The position numbers were made by a program, and so were the translations under genes. This document shows, one piece after another, positions 1 to 13,620 of a DNA stretch of 64,000 nt. The notes under the pieces are model-generated. The model had not been told where the DNA came from and made no database searches. It saw nothing but the letters and a program-made list of their open reading frames with translations. The DNA is from Carcharhinus amblyrhynchos (lineage: Eukaryota): positions 67,146,001-67,210,000 of the forward strand of contig OZ336874.1 in assembly GCA_965287045.1 (NCBI GenBank). The letters run 5' to 3'. How positions within the stretch are numbered: position 1 is the stretch's first letter; each line of letters starts with the position of its first letter.

Positions 1-210
1 TTGGCTTCCCAACTGCTGACTGAACCTGAACATCAACCTTAAGAGAATCTTGAACCAGGACTCCCAAGTCCCTTTGTGCTTTTGATTTCCTAAGCATTTC
101 CCATTGAGAAAATAGTCTATATCTCTATTCCTCCTTCAAAGTGCATAACCTCACACTTTTCCACATTGTATCCCTTCTGCCATTTCTTTGCTCACTCTCC
201 TAACCTGTTC
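1..210 (-). mobile_element. CR1 LINE ORF2 (RT C-terminal) fragment
   Basis: The reverse strand reads ...KKWQ.GYNVEKCEVMHF...DYFLNG...QRDLGVLVQDSLKV, typical of CR1. Confidence 0.85.
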
Positions 211-2532
211 AGAGATGGAGAGAGGTAGAGATGGTTAGGTTGGTGTTGTAGTCGGATAATATCAGTACCTTCCCAACCTATTAACCTCCCGTTCCTGGAA
301 GTGAACAGTCCCACACCTTATTCGACTGCTACTGCTCACTCACAGCTCAGGTGCCTTCACATATCCTGGATATGTGAAGGCACGTGGCCCTGGTCTCTGC
401 CCTCATCCAGTCAAAGCAGCCTCTGGCCTCTGATCTGGTTCTCCCCTCCCTTAGTCTCCATAACACTGGAGGTTCTGACAGGAGGTTTACATGGTCGCAC
501 ATCATGAATGGCCAGAGTCCACTGAATGGTGATGCCCACCATTTGGGGGGGGGGGTGGGGGGGCGGCGGGGAGCTTATGGATCCTGACTAGCAGGTGTAA
601 GGGTCCAGCACATAAGCAAACCCAATGCCTCTTGATCCCATGCACACAAGCGTTTAGCCCTGAACCCTGAGTACTCGTCCCATTCCTTGACTCTGAAACT
701 GTGGGCAGACAACATTATTAAGGGTTAATTCTTGACAGCCAATTAGTTTGACCAGCATGAGTGTCAGAAATGCTAGAGGGCACAACTACTTTCTGCTTCT
801 GTAAAAGACAAAGTTAATAGGACCCTTCTTACTCAGGTTGCATCATTCAGAGATCCCATTGCTGGCATGCCTCAACACTGAAGATTCCTGGGCAGCCACT
901 CCAGATTTTTTGCAACGCAGAGACTTCAGGACCACCCACACCAAACACGACCACATCCCTATTCTGGAAAACCCCTGACCACTACACGTAACCCTGCCTC
1001 CCCCCTGCCTCCCACCCGGATGGTTCTGTCCCCTTAGACTCCCTGGTGCGAGGTGAAGATAGTGGTGCTTCCTTTCAGAGGTCATGGCACCTGGTTCCCA
1101 TTTTTTGAAAAGCAGTCCCGGATTCAAATTCAAACAAATCAGATTCATTCCCTTCCTGGGTGTGAATTTAATCATGTCAACAGGCCAGGCCCACGAAGAT
1201 TGTGTTCTGAAATCTTGCCGGTGCAAATCCTGACTCTGGCCTCTCCTAAGATTTAATGGTTGTCGGTCAGATATGCAACCATGGCTAACATGCCTTTTAA
1301 ATCCATCTGCACCTCCCCCCAACACCTCCCCACCCCCAACCCATAGAGTATGCATAATTTTTCAGGAGTTCTCACAGTTCTTTTGCCAGAATTACAGTGA
1401 ACAATCCGAAGAATCTCTGGTGAAATTCACTCCCTATGTTTGATCTACTAAATCTCCCTTAATTACAGATTCTTCAGTAGATTTACTGAGGAAGATTCAG
1501 CACTATACTATATTGAAAAATATACATTGAATCACTATATAAGCTGGCAACTTATGTTTCTCATCATGCTTCATTACTTTTGGCACATTCCAGTGTTCAT
1601 TATTTTGTGAGGATGGGAAGAGGAATTGTTGTTGGAGATGATTTGATTTTGACCGTAGATGCTTTATTTTACAACAGATAAGAGGACAGTGCACTGATAG
1701 AGGACAGTGCAATTGACCATGTCAAAGGCTGCAGAGAAGTTAAGGGAGGTGGACAGATAATGTGCCGTGTTCACTGTCACAAGGAATTTGTAACTTTTGT
1801 TGGTTTCCTTGATCTTTTATTATGCTGTCCCTCGAGGGATGTGTCCGGGCTGATATTTTCTGTTTTGTCTCTTGGTCCTTTTACATTTAGTTGTCTAAAA
1901 TGTAGCTTTTTACCATAATTAAAGGTAAAAAGGAAACATTCTTTACCATTTATTTTCTTGTGTAACATAAAATCAAAAGGAAGTGTTGTGATATGGTGAG
2001 TTCCATTCCCATTCATTGCATCAGAAGAAAGTACAGGTGAAATCAGTGGTCCAGAAACCCATACACATTCTTGTTCAAAAGCCTTATTGATTTTTTTAGA
2101 GCTGTAAGTGACTTAGTGGAATGGAGGATGTTAAAACAAAGAATGTATGACTCAAAATTGTAATATTTCTATAGAAATAATGAAGGAGTTTTTGAAGGAG
2201 TATAAAATCTTAAAACATGAAATGTTGTCACAGGATCTGTAGAAGCCTTTTAAAAATCAAGTGAGTAAAATATTAACAGCATTATGGATGCTGAGGATAC
2301 ACAGGTTGGTAGCAGCTCCTGCTGCAGCCAAGAAGCACTGCACGGGAATCAAAGCAGGTAAAACTTGAAAGCAGCATCTTTGGAATGAGAAACATAGTTA
2401 ACATTTCAGGACATCGACCTTCCATTACAATTCAGAAAAGTTAGAATTCGTCACACTAAGCAAGTGAAAGGGGGGAGGGTGGGCAAAGCTCAAAAGGTAT
2501 GAGTTCTGACAGGTTAAAAGTGAAAAAAAATG

Positions 2533-2785
2533 TTTATTTATAAGTCACAAGTAGTCTTACATGAACACTGCAATGAAGTTACTGTGAAAATCCCCTAATT
2601 GCCACATTCCAGGGCCTGTTCGGGTACACTGGGGGAGAATTTTGCATGGCCAATCCACCTAACGTGGAGGAAACCCACGCAGACATGGGGAAAGTGTGCA
2701 AACTCCGCACAGATAGTGACCCAAGCTGGGAATCAAACTCAGGGCCTTGGTACTGTGAGGCAGCAGTGTTAACCGCTGCTACCAT
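2533..2785 (-). mobile_element. tRNA-derived V-SINE with non-HE1 tail
   Basis: A-box/B-box head, V-domain (gcgtgggtttcctcc), tail ...tgtaagactacttgtgac..aaataaa. Same family as 56566-56878. Confidence 0.85.
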
Positions 2786-3059
2786 GGAGTGCAAGAGAGA
2801 TTAAATGACAAAAGATAAAGGGAGCTACAGTGAAAAATGTCAAGAAATAAAAGATGTGTCTCAAGGAAGTGTGAATGGTAGATTGATGAAGAGCTGCCAT
2901 TGGCAAGCACTAACGAGGGAATAACTAAACTAAAATTGAAACTTGCAAAAATAAGAATATTACATGGGGCAGAGAGTATCATGTGAAATTATTGAAAACA
3001 TTGTTGAATCCAAAAAGCTGTTGACTAAAGAAAAGGTAAATTTTTCTTGTTCTTTCACT

Positions 3060-3345
3060 GGAGGTGGTCATTGCTGGCTCAGTCAGTATTTATTCGCCAT
3101 CACAAATTTCCCATGAACATGTGGTAGCCTAAACGACTGCCCATGTTGTGTTGATACACCCACAGTGCAATGGGAATTCCAGGATATTGAGCAAACGACA
3201 GTGAAATCACGGCAATATAATTCCAGGTCAGGGTGGTGTGTGACTTGGAGGGGAGATTTCCGGCAGTGGTGTTCCCATTTGTTTGTTGACCTTGTCTTTC
3301 TAGATGGTAAAGCTCACAGACATAAGGAACATTGGTGAGCTGTTG
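3060..3345 (-). mobile_element. L2/CR1-group LINE 3' fragment
   Basis: Same family as 6355-6630, 37865-38225 and 63110-63845 (caccaccctgacctggaattatattgccg motif). Confidence 0.7.
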
Positions 3346-3634
3346 AGTGAATCTTACCAAGTGTTGTTCCTTAAACTTATGTTAAGCTTCATTGGAATGC
3401 TGAAGGAGACCGAAGATGTGTGGGGCTAAGGTGGGGAATTGAAATAAAACAGGCCACAGTAAACTCAGGACCATGTAGATGTGTTCAGGTGAACCACTCT
3501 GCAATTGGTTCTCCCAATACAGAGAAGACTGCATTGTGAGCAGCAAAAATAATATACTATATTGAAAAATATACAGTAAATCACTATTTCATCTGCAAGG
3601 AGCATTAGAGCCCTGTGAGTAAGGAAAGAGATTT

Positions 3635-3992
3635 TTTAAAATTCATTTGTGGGACATTGCTGTTGCTGGCTGGGTCAGCATTTATTGCCCATCCTTAGTT
3701 GCCTGAGAGCAGTTGGGAGTCAATCACATTGCTGTGACTCTGGGGTAACACGTAGGCCAGACCAAGTAAGGATGGCAGATTTCCTTCCCTAAAGGACATT
3801 GATGAACCAGATGGGTTTTTCCAACAATCGACAATGGTTACACAGTCATTGGTAGATTCTTAATTCCAGATTTTTTAAAAAATTGAATTCAAATTGCACC
3901 AACTGTCACAGTGGGATTCAAACCAGGGTCCCCAGAACATTAGTTGAGTTTCTGAATTAAAAGTCTAGCGATAATACCACCAGGCCATTATC
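3635..3992 (-). mobile_element. tRNA-derived SINE (CORE-like central domain) with a LINE-derived tail
   Basis: B-box-like gggtttgaatccca, core tttagggaaggaaatctgccatcctt, tail gggcaataaatgctg. Related copies at 43140-43345 and 60197-60520. Confidence 0.75.
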
Positions 3993-4083
3993 TAGATAAA
4001 AAGTTAATTTTGAACCTCCTGGGTTTGCATGGAAAGTTGTCATGGAAAAGTAACAGTTGTAGGAGTGGTTGACAAGTGGACCA

Positions 4084-4304
4084 TGTTATCTATTTAAGTT
4101 GTTGTGTTGTTGCATGGCCACTTTAAGAGTGTGATCACGTGATCATTCCGTGACATCATCAAGTATTTCATGAGCTTTGCCTTAGTTGAGATCCAGCCCT
4201 TGTACAGTGAACAGCTCTTAATAAACTGCTTGCTTTTCTCTACAAAACCTACACACATCAACTCCACATTCTTTTTATCAGCATCTGAAGCAGCATATAT
4301 AACA
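4084..4304 (+). mobile_element. Solo LTR (221 bp)
   Basis: TGTTAT...ATAACA termini, AATAAA at 4220-4225, 5-bp TSD GACCA/GATCA. The host PLE sequence rejoins when it is removed. Confidence 0.8.
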
Positions 4305-5380
4305 GATCAGGGTGTCATGGAGATAATGGCTCCATTAGAATGCTGAAAGGGAAAGGGAGAGGCAGATGTGTTTGGTGGGAACTTCATGCTGGCGTCCTGC
4401 TAGGATCAACTCTTTCTCGAGTTCATTGATGAATATATCAGTGCTGATCCCTTCTCCTGTCTTGAGCTGGAAAATATCATCCACTTTGCATGCAATTTTC
4501 ATTCTTCTCTCATCTTCCATCTCTTCCTTTCCCTTTCTCACTCTCCCTTTCTCTGTTTCTGGGGATAGACTAACAACCAATATTTACTATAAGCCCACTG
4601 ACTCCCACAGCCAGTTTGATTACATTTCCTTACACCCTGCATGCTACAAGAATTCCATTCTATTCCAATTTCAATGTCTCCATCGTGATTGTTCTGATGC
4701 AACCTTCAATGCAGACACTTCTGATGTGTCTTCCTGCTTCGCCACTGAGGATTGTTCCCTCCCACCTCTCCCCACACTGTAGTTGAGGGGATTCTAGCCC
4801 CTCCCTCCAAGAACCACAATAAGGTTCCTCCTGTCTTCACCTTCCACCCCAGCAGCCTCTGCATTCAACAGTTCATCCTCCACCATTTTCACTACTAGTG
4901 TAATGCCACCACTCAGCAAACACATCTTCCTCTCCCTCACCTTTCAGTATTCCAAAGAGACTGTTCGCTCTGCAACACCCTGATGCACTCCTTAATCACT
5001 GCCAAGACCTCATTTGCCCTTTTATCTTCTCTCTCTCTCCTCAGGAGACCCAAACACTCCTTCCAGGTAAAACAAAGGTTTCATGTACGTCTTTCAATTT
5101 ATTTCACTCTATTCGCTGTTCCAAATGCGGTCTACTCCATAGTGTAGATCAATTGTAGATCAGCTGGCTGCAGGCATGACCCTGAGCTTCCAGTTGCCTG
5201 TCATTTTAATTCTCCACCTTGTTCCCAATCAGTCCTTTCTGGCCCTGGTCTCCTGCAATAATTCAATGAAGCTTGAAGTAAGCATGAGGAGCAGCACATC
5301 ATTTGTGACTGGGCACTTTACAGCCTTCAGGATTCAACACTGAATTTAACAATGTCTGCTCCCATAATCTCTGCTCCCAC

Positions 5381-5715
5381 GGTGGCATGGTAGCACAGTG
5401 GTTAGCACTACTGTTTCACAGCTCCAGGGGCCTGGGTTTGATTCCTGGCTTGGGTCACTGTGTGGAGTTTGTGCATTCTCCTCGTCTCTGCGTGGGTTTT
5501 CTCCAGGTGCTCCTGTTTCCTCATACAATCCAAAGATGTGGGGGTTAGGTTGATTGGCTATGCTAAATTGACCCTTAGTGTCCTGAGTTGAGTAGGTTAG
5601 GGAGGTTAGTGGGTAAATATGTAGAGATATGGGGGTAGGGCCTGGGTGGAATTGTAGTCGGTGCAGACTTGATGGGCCAAATGGCCTCTTTCTGTGCTGT
5701 AGAGTTTCCATGATT
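5381..5715 (+). mobile_element. HE1-type SINE (tRNA head, V-domain, CR1/HER1-like tail)
   Basis: ggtggcatggtagcacagtggttagc head, B-box gggtttgattcc, V core, tail gatgggccaaatggcctctttctgtgctgtag. Confidence 0.92.
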
Positions 5716-5834
5716 TTGTTTCCATCCTTCTTGCAGGGTTCAGTTTTAACTCATTCTCCCTTGTTTGTACTTTGGGTGACTGCTTTTCATCATTCTGCCA
5801 ATCTCATCTCCTCCAGCCACTGTCCCTTTAACAC

Positions 5835-6973
5835 AAATTAAAACAGATAGTTGTGAAAAAGAGGGTGGTGAATTTTTGGTAAACTTTGGAGAAGTGACTT
5901 CAAGTTGCCCGAGGATGAGAGTTGAGAAGGGTTCGAAAGTCAAGTAGAACCCACTGAAATGTCAAGTGGCAGTTTTTAAGCATTTCTCACAGAACGTCAT
6001 AGAACAGCAGGAAAGATTCTGCAGAGAAGCAGCAAGGAATGAATTGGAACTCTCCTAGGAACAGGTCTTCATTGTTCTATAAAAAAAATGGGAGCAGAAG
6101 CAAACCTTTCCATGGGGAAAGAATTTTACCAGAGCTGACTAAACCATTTAAAGGGACTAAATACATGAATCTCTGGAATACCAGACTGTCAGAACGGTTC
6201 AGATCTGTGGGAATAGGGGATTCATTGACGTGTGCCTTGCTGGTGATAGCAGGATCTAGAAATCTCAGGCAGAGTGGAACAAGTGTTAAAGGACACTGGA
6301 AGATTTGGCATGGTGGTAAGTGATGAATCACAATTGGACAACTAGGAGTGATTTCATGGAATGTGGGCATTGCTGGCAAAGACATTATTTGTTGCCTGTC
6401 CTAATTGTGGGACTCTTACACACGCTGTTAGGAAAAGAAGAGCCAGGATTTTGATTTGGCAACAGTGAAGGAATGGTGATAATCCAAGTCAAGATGGTGT
6501 GTTTTTGAAGGGAAACCTGCCGGTGGTGGTGTCCCCACGTATCTACTGCCTTCATCTTTCTAGGTGGTAGAGGTTGCAGGTTTCAAAGTGCTGTCAAAAG
6601 AACCTTGGTGAATTGTTACAATGCATCTTGTAGACACTTGTGTATCATTAGTAGAGATACTGAATTTAAATTAAAATGTTTTTTTTTTTTAATTGTTATT
6701 CCTTCAATACTCCATATCTGCCTGCAGCATGACATAAAAAAAAGGTTCATAAGGCAAATTCTGGTTGCATCAGTTAGTTAATGTGAAACCTTTCTTTTTA
6801 CTAAGTTAGATGTATCTATTGCCTTTTAATTAATGTTTGGTCAATGTTGATATTAGTTTGTTTGTTGCAGTAAACATCTTAAAAAGGTGAAATTTCATCC
6901 TTTCGTTACTTCCATTGGCATTATGGTAATTCCTTTCTTCACAAAGTTATCAGTCTCTGGGGGAATTGTGACA
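5835..6973 (+). mobile_element. Probable degenerate solo LTR (Gypsy-type), containing a LINE fragment at 6355-6630 (-)
   Basis: Ends GGGAATTGTGACA, with ACAC repeated on both flanks inside the PLE. The 5' TG is not evident. Confidence 0.45.
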
Positions 6974-7463
6974 ACACATCTTTGGATTCCTTACTTGAAC
7001 AACTGCCACTCCCTTTGGCCCTGCACGATCACACCTTTTGTTATTTAATCTCTCATTTTCCACTCTTACAGACCATCAGATTTTTTCTTTATCCCCAATA
7101 CATTTCTATCTTTTTCCAGTTCAGGTTAAAGTGGCCTAACTCTCTTCGAACTTGTTGCCTTTCCTACCAGGTATTTCAGCATTTTCTGTTTTTATTTCAG
7201 TTCTTTGTTTTTGCACAAGATAGTCATTGTTTATTCTGTAGACCTCAAGCTCAAATTGTCTGCTAATAACCCTGAGGTAAAAGAATAAGGTATTGATGAC
7301 AATTCAGCACCAGCGTCTCACATTGCTGCCCAGGATTAATGTAGGTTGCACCAGTGGACTGATGTTAGGATCAGATGCTGCAATTCTTTTCCTCTTCCCA
7401 ATTCCACTGAAACAAAGCATTCCTGCAAACAAACACCCCCTTGCACATCCTCCATTGTTAGCC

Positions 7464-7755
7464 ATCACAGAATTGCTACAATGCAGGAGGCCATTCAACC
7501 CATCTAGCCTGCACCAACAACAATCCTACCCAGGCCCTATTTCCATTATCCCACTAACACTAAAGGCCAATCAAGGCTAAATCAACCTAACCTGCATATC
7601 TTTGGAGTGTGGGAGGAAACTGGAGCACCCAGAGGATACCCACACAGAAACAGGGAGAACATGCAAACTCTACACAGTCCCTCAAAGCCAGAATTGAACC
7701 CAGGTTCCTGTTGCTGAGAGACAGCAGTGTTAACCACTGTGCCACCATGCCACCC
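7464..7755 (-). mobile_element. HE1-type SINE
   Basis: Reverse complement of the 5381-5715 family. Confidence 0.9.
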
Positions 7756-8232
7756 ATCAATTCATGTCTTTATCAAAGAAGTGAAAAGGTGATTTATCAG
7801 CCAACAGACAAAAATTTGCAAGTTGGGAAAGTTATGCAACTTTTGAAGGGGTTCAAAACCAATGAATTAATCAATTTTAATTAATTTTAAAAACTAAAAC
7901 CAATTTTAGTCATTCTACTAATGCATGAAAACTCCCCAGTATAGCATTGCCTCATTCATCCAATGTATATATCCTAATGCAACTGCAACACTTAACTCTT
8001 TCTAAAACTGTCACCCCTACATGCACAATCCTTGTAACTTCAACAGAGATAGAAACAGACTACTTACATCTCTGCTCTGACTGAATTCAAACATCACAGA
8101 AAGAAATCTTGAGCTTGCTTTTGTCTTTCCTACACAATGGGATGATTTTAAATGGAGCAAGCCAGAACAGAGTTTGGAAGAACAATAGAAGGGTAGGAAA
8201 ATCAGGTTTGAGAAACCCACATCCAATTCCTA

Positions 8233-8361
8233 GGGCAGAACTTTTTCATCCCATCCACCACAGGAAACATAACAGGCAGAACACAAACCGTGTAAAGGTC
8301 TGTTGACTTCAGGTGGGATTTTCTGGCCTTGGGGTGAGTACAGCTGGAAAATCCTGTCCCT
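8233..8361. mobile_element. ~130-bp PIF/Harbinger-type MITE
   Basis: Imperfect TIRs gggcagaactttt/ggaaaatcctgtccc. Related copies at ~11290-11426, 25725-25839, 37384-37509, 48426-48557, 48639-48762, 59085-59208 and 63563-63733. Confidence 0.65.
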
Positions 8362-11300
8362 AGAGTCTGCAAAACGGTTCTTAATATAGTGGGAGGCAAG
8401 AACCATAGAAAAGCTACAGAAAAAGGCCATTCAGCTAGCATGTCTGCACCATCAGGAAAAGAAAATTTAAAAAAAAAGCCATCTGTTCTATCACCATCTT
8501 CCAACACCCAGCCTATAGTCTTGCAGTTTCCAGCATTTTAGGTGCAGATGTAAAGGAAGGAATCCCACCTGTTATCAATTAGAAGTAAGTAATGAGCCAC
8601 CTCCAACCAATTATCCCTTGATCTGCTGGGATTCAATGGTTGCTCAGAAGCTTAATGGGACTCACACATAGATCCCGTGTGTCTCCTGAAGGCTGTAAAC
8701 TTTTTCAGTGGTCTACCAGGGAGGTTCCTCATTGCCAGACACTGAATGCATTTGACTTAACAGGCTGAGTGGGAGTAATTTTCTACTTTCATCACCTGGG
8801 CCAGTAATCTGATGGAACAAATCATACACTTATTTTAGAATTTAGCTGATTTTTCTTCTCAATGAAATCAATGCGATAAAAATTGACCAGGTTCCACTAT
8901 GAGCAGGTGATCTGTTCTGCTGGATTACTGTCCGTCAATGATGGGAAAAATGACTCCCAGTGTCTTTAACGCAAAAATGTCACTGTCACTGTGGTATTGT
9001 GAATGGAAAACCCTAAATACAATCCATGTGTCTATGTGGTGTAGAATAAATAACTGTATTTTTGACAGTCATTTTAGCCAGGAACATAGTCCTATTTAAT
9101 TCAAAATACTGTTTCATGATTAGTCAATAAATCTAGAGATTTCCAGTTAGTGGCTCTTTTGCAATCAGAAAATGTTTACACAGTTCTGTACAGAATGTTA
9201 AAACTAATCTTGTAAAACAAAATGAATGTACAGCTCATAAAAGCAACAACATGAATAAGCATATTGGCATTTCAGTGGACTGATGTCAATCATAAAACAC
9301 TTTTCACCTATAGTATTTGATTTCATAAATAATTTCAAAATATGTTTTTGATTGAATACCATGTTTATATTCATCGACAAAGAAAAAAATATATAAGAGG
9401 AATATGTGTTGATAATATTTTCTATTATAGCTATGTAAATTATTAACTATAGCTATTTTTGATTTTTTAAAAATGCTTGTTAATAAACTACAATCATATT
9501 CAAATGCATAACGTAAATGAATATCATTTGTGTTGGAGTCTTTGAACCATTTATATTGAGAAACTTCAATATAATAAAAATATCAATAAAATACAACTAC
9601 TGTGTAAGATCATCATTTGGTGCTGCAACAATATTAAAATTTGAGGTTCTGTGTTAATTAGAAATGATTATTAGTATTTTTGGGATGAATACAATTTTGC
9701 TTCTGTAGTTATTATTATGCATAATAAAGTAGAAAGACAAGTAGAAAGAGAGACTATTTGTAAAGGAAGTGTTTATTGATAATAAGTCACAGTCACTCTC
9801 AGTGACCTCCAGAGAGTTATCATTTTCAGGGCCGTTAAAAGGCTTTTTCCTACTCTGCAGCTCCTCCTCTTGGTTTACCACCTCAATCAAAGTCACAGGG
9901 CTGCCAGTAGTGAAGAGTTAAAGCCATTGGTTATACCAATGATAGAAAAGTCTCCTTTTGGTTTGCTTATAATGCTCTTAATGTCACCATGTCCACACAA
10001 TGCGTCCAAAATTGGGGTGGCCATCCTGAAGTCACTCAATGCTTTTGTTCTATTTGGACAGAGGTTGCATCAAAAATTGTTTTTAAAGAGTTTGTCTTTG
10101 AAATGGTAATCTTTAATCCACAAGTATATATTAAACTTAGCATTCTTTTTAATCATCTATTCTTTCTATTGAATCGCATATTAAAACATATGTAGTTTGT
10201 ACAAGTCATATTAAAACAAATGACACTTTATTTTTAAATTCAGTATGTTGATCTTTTTCTGTGGTATTATTTCCTTACAGATCTGCATTACAAGCAATGA
10301 GCTGGAATTCATTCTGGCCATTGTTTCTGAACAGTATAAAAAAAGTGCCCTCCTTATATTTCAACAGAAAATGTTCAGATAATAGTTTGTGGTAATAAAA
10401 TTTACTCAGGGAATGAGATAGGTGAATGAAAAGTAATTTAAAACAATTAAGCAAAATTTCATCTGTAATTTTATTTGTTGCCCCTCTAATGTAGCTTTCA
10501 GTGACAAGATATATCATTTGTACCATTTATCTAAATATGAAGCTTATACCATTGTTTTTAATATTTTTAGATTAGTCATTGGCCATTGTCATGATCACAA
10601 TTAACAATTAATGTGCAGGACCTAATGTTGTAGGGTACTTGGGAGAGGGAGGAGATGGAAGTGGAGGTGTGAGGGTAGGGATTTTGATCAAAAGTCACAT
10701 ATGAGCAAAATTAACTGCCCACTGAGTACAGTATTTATTTTATGGAGGGCTTATGGTTAGCTAAACATTGTATTTTTCACACATTAGTAATTTTATTTTT
10801 GCACATTTTTATTTATAACAACCTTACATATGACAACCATCATGCCAAACTAGCTCCATTGCTAACTTTTGAATCATTCAATATGTGGTACTGTAGGTGG
10901 TAGGTACATTGTGACTGTGCCATGTACTTATATTCAGCAGCAATATGGGATCAATTGTTAACGGATGGCTGAGTTGCATCTAAGATTGTGATTAGCTAGT
11001 CAGTAGTTATTCATTCCGGGCACTAATCAACTTCTTAACACGAAAAACACAATTTAAAATAATGGCATTGTACAAAATAGTTCATAATTCCGGTCAACAG
11101 AAAAATGTAGAAGAGAAATATTTGGAGAAAACAGAAGTATAAAGGTTTAACCTTGATTAATTTTGCAGTGGCTATAATGCCATTAAGGATGTGGCATGAT
11201 AGGACAGTTAGTAGTTAAAAAAACTTAAAAGCTTTTTGGTTTCGCAATACAATGCTTATTTTTCACTATACGCTATCTATAAAAAATATTGGCTGGGACT

Positions 11301-11919
11301 TTCCATTCCCACCTGCTCCAAGACTGGAAATTCCAGCCCGAGTCAACAGACCTTTCAATTGTCCATTAAATTATCCGTTCAGCTCACAATGATTCCCACT
11401 GCGAACAGGACTGGAAAATATACCTCATTTTGTTCTTACGGTAAGTGTTCAAACTGCTTCTGTCCTGTTCTTGTAGCTACTCCTATCATGAAATCTTCTG
11501 TCAAAATGTTTCAAATTGAGTAACATAAAATTGTACTGTCAAAAATATTCCTTGGTTCATTCGAAGTAAATTTAAAAAAAAATAGCGTAGGAATATCACG
11601 GCAGCCATCAAAGGGTTAAAATGCAGCGACATTGCCATGTGATTTAAAAAACCCTAACCGTTACTCCAGTGCTAAGTGACCTCAGTAATACCATACTGCA
11701 GAACAAAGATGTCGCTGGAAAATCAATCCTTTGGCCTGAGCAGTGATGGTTCAGGGTGCTAGTATCTTTAAGATATTTTTGGTCAACTCAATCTAATGTA
11801 TTCAGAATATAACCAACTATGGTTTCTTATTTTGACGTTAACTATTTTTTGTTTTCTGGCTGATGAGTTACATATCAGTCCTTTGTTGGCATCTTACCAA
11901 AAAAAGCAGAGTATTGCTT

Positions 11920-12714
11920 CCAGCGAGAAAGCTGGAGAGAAATACACCAGCTTTCTACGGAGAGAAACACATCGATTTTCTCTCCAAATCAGTGTGTTTC
12001 ACACCATCATTTTAGGGGGGAGGAGGCATTCCAATCATAACCTGAGTCACCCCCACCGCAACCGCCCCCCCACCCCCAGCCCACTATAGAGGTCTCACGG
12101 GCTCCATTCCCTACCCCTGATGGGATTGGGCACTTCTCTACCCCCAACCCCGATCAATGGCTCGTTTGCTCCCAGATCATCAGCCCCTTTTCCCCACTCC
12201 TCCGATCATCAGGCCCAACTCTCCCCTCCCCCAACCCCCCAATGGCCATTGCCAGCATCCTCAGCTCCTCTATTCGCTCCCAGGCACCTCCATATCAAAA
12301 TGAATTCCTCACTTCCCATAAAGCTCCCCACTGGGAGGCCCATCCTTTGCACAGGTTGACACTGCTAGACCACTGTCTGGTCATCCCTCAGGGGCTTTAC
12401 TTACTTTTGCGCCCAGGGTCTTGCACCTCTATGACTAGTTCACATCTGTGTGAACCTGTTGTAATCTGTGCCGACATCACGTTACATTGGTGCAGTGTCA
12501 AAATGCAGCAGGGGTAGAGGGGTCAATAATATTTAAATTCATTTAAATTCATGTAAAGCAGATTCACACTTGTAATGGGTGTGAATCTGATGACATTGCG
12601 GGCGAAGGGTGAAGATCCAAAATTGCCCACCTGCCGGTGAGAACTGTGACTTCCAGATCTTGAGCCCCTGCCAGCATTCATATGGACAGCAAATGGGGCT
12701 CAAGATCACCCCCT
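11920..12714. mobile_element. Degenerate Harbinger-type non-autonomous DNA transposon
   Basis: C-rich interior; right end aagatcacccccTTA resembles the end aagatcgccccc of the element at 43370-43970. Confidence 0.45.
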
Positions 12715-13620
12715 TAATGTCCAGTATATAATAGCATGTATAGAGTGTTTTATATCTGCAAATAAAGAAGAATTTAATGTGTTTTTTCTATGGCTTTTTG
12801 TAGTAATATAATTAATGAAAATTTGTATGTGAACGAAATGGCAATATTAATGGATAAACAATATTGCTTTTATGGTTTCACCTTAAATTTTTATAATGTT
12901 ATTCAATAGGCTAGACAATTCTTTCTGAAAGTGCTGCAGGAGAAGGACAAGAACACCAGTGCCATTTTAAATGAAGTGACAGAATCCTGAAGCTTCTCTC
13001 ACAGCAAGTGTATTACGCATTCTTCGAGTTACAGATATACCAGAATGATCAGTGTGCCTGACTCACTTGTTCCAACCAGACAAGTACCAACCTCAGTACT
13101 GGAAGTAGATGCATACTGGTCACAGCATTGACCAAACTTTGTTCTTTTTCAGTTGATTTCAGCTGTTGTAATGGAGCTCACACATCATTAATGTGTAGAC
13201 AGGTCCTCTTGCTTGGAGAGTGTGAGAAGAACCTGTTATGCCACAAAAACGTTGGCGTCTGAACTCTGCATCTCGGGTGTACCGGTACCAAGTTGCTAGT
13301 TTAACAAGTGTTAAACACATTTTCAGTTGTTTTACATTAATTTTAGCACTCAAAAGTAATAGACGTGTTTAGAAGAATTAATCATGCAGGATAATGTAAT
13401 CAAAAGAAGCATTTCACCCTTAGGCCAAACATAAGCTGAATTATTATTCTACCAGAGGATTTATGGCCAAATGTTTGTTCCAACTTACTTATGTGCCTCT
13501 GATATAGTGGCTCTGTTGGCAGACACACTGGCAGCTGTCCTGCAGCAATACATTTTCAGTTAATGTTGCTTTGATGCCATTTTACACTCTGTCTGATAAG
13601 TAAAATAGGAAAATTGTTCT

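Larger units (their letters stand above)
2340..4390 (-). mobile_element. Penelope-like element, inverted 3' arm (GIY-YIG remnant and 3' end), interrupted by SINEs, a LINE piece and a solo LTR
   Basis: The minus strand at 3500-3615 reads like FTCISFNIVY..CSQCSLLCIG. 4305-4390 is the reverse complement of the + arm at 4905-4990. A decayed hammerhead-like end lies near 2395-2430. Confidence 0.7.
4400..7200 (+). mobile_element. Penelope-like element (RT thumb and GIY-YIG, degenerate), interrupted by an HE1 SINE and an LTR-like insert
   Basis: SVSGDRLTTNIYYKPTDSHSQFDY..HP (PLE RT C-terminus); RHDPELPVACHFNS and EEQHI..LGTLQPSGFNTEFN (GIY-YIG); 3' end cagcattttctgtttttatttcag at ~7177-7200. Confidence 0.8.

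Noticed and set aside
843-1355. 170-aa minus-strand ORF
   Set aside because: No recognisable domain or supported exon structure; probably old repeat sequence.
1680-1716. 18-bp tandem duplication (agaggacagtgca)
   Set aside because: Ordinary slippage duplication.
5381-5455. tRNA genes at SINE heads
   Set aside because: A/B boxes run directly into the V-domain and LINE tails; these are SINEs.
9654-10195. Possible exons of a neighbouring gene such as CEP120
   Set aside because: No recognisable similarity or convincing splice boundaries.
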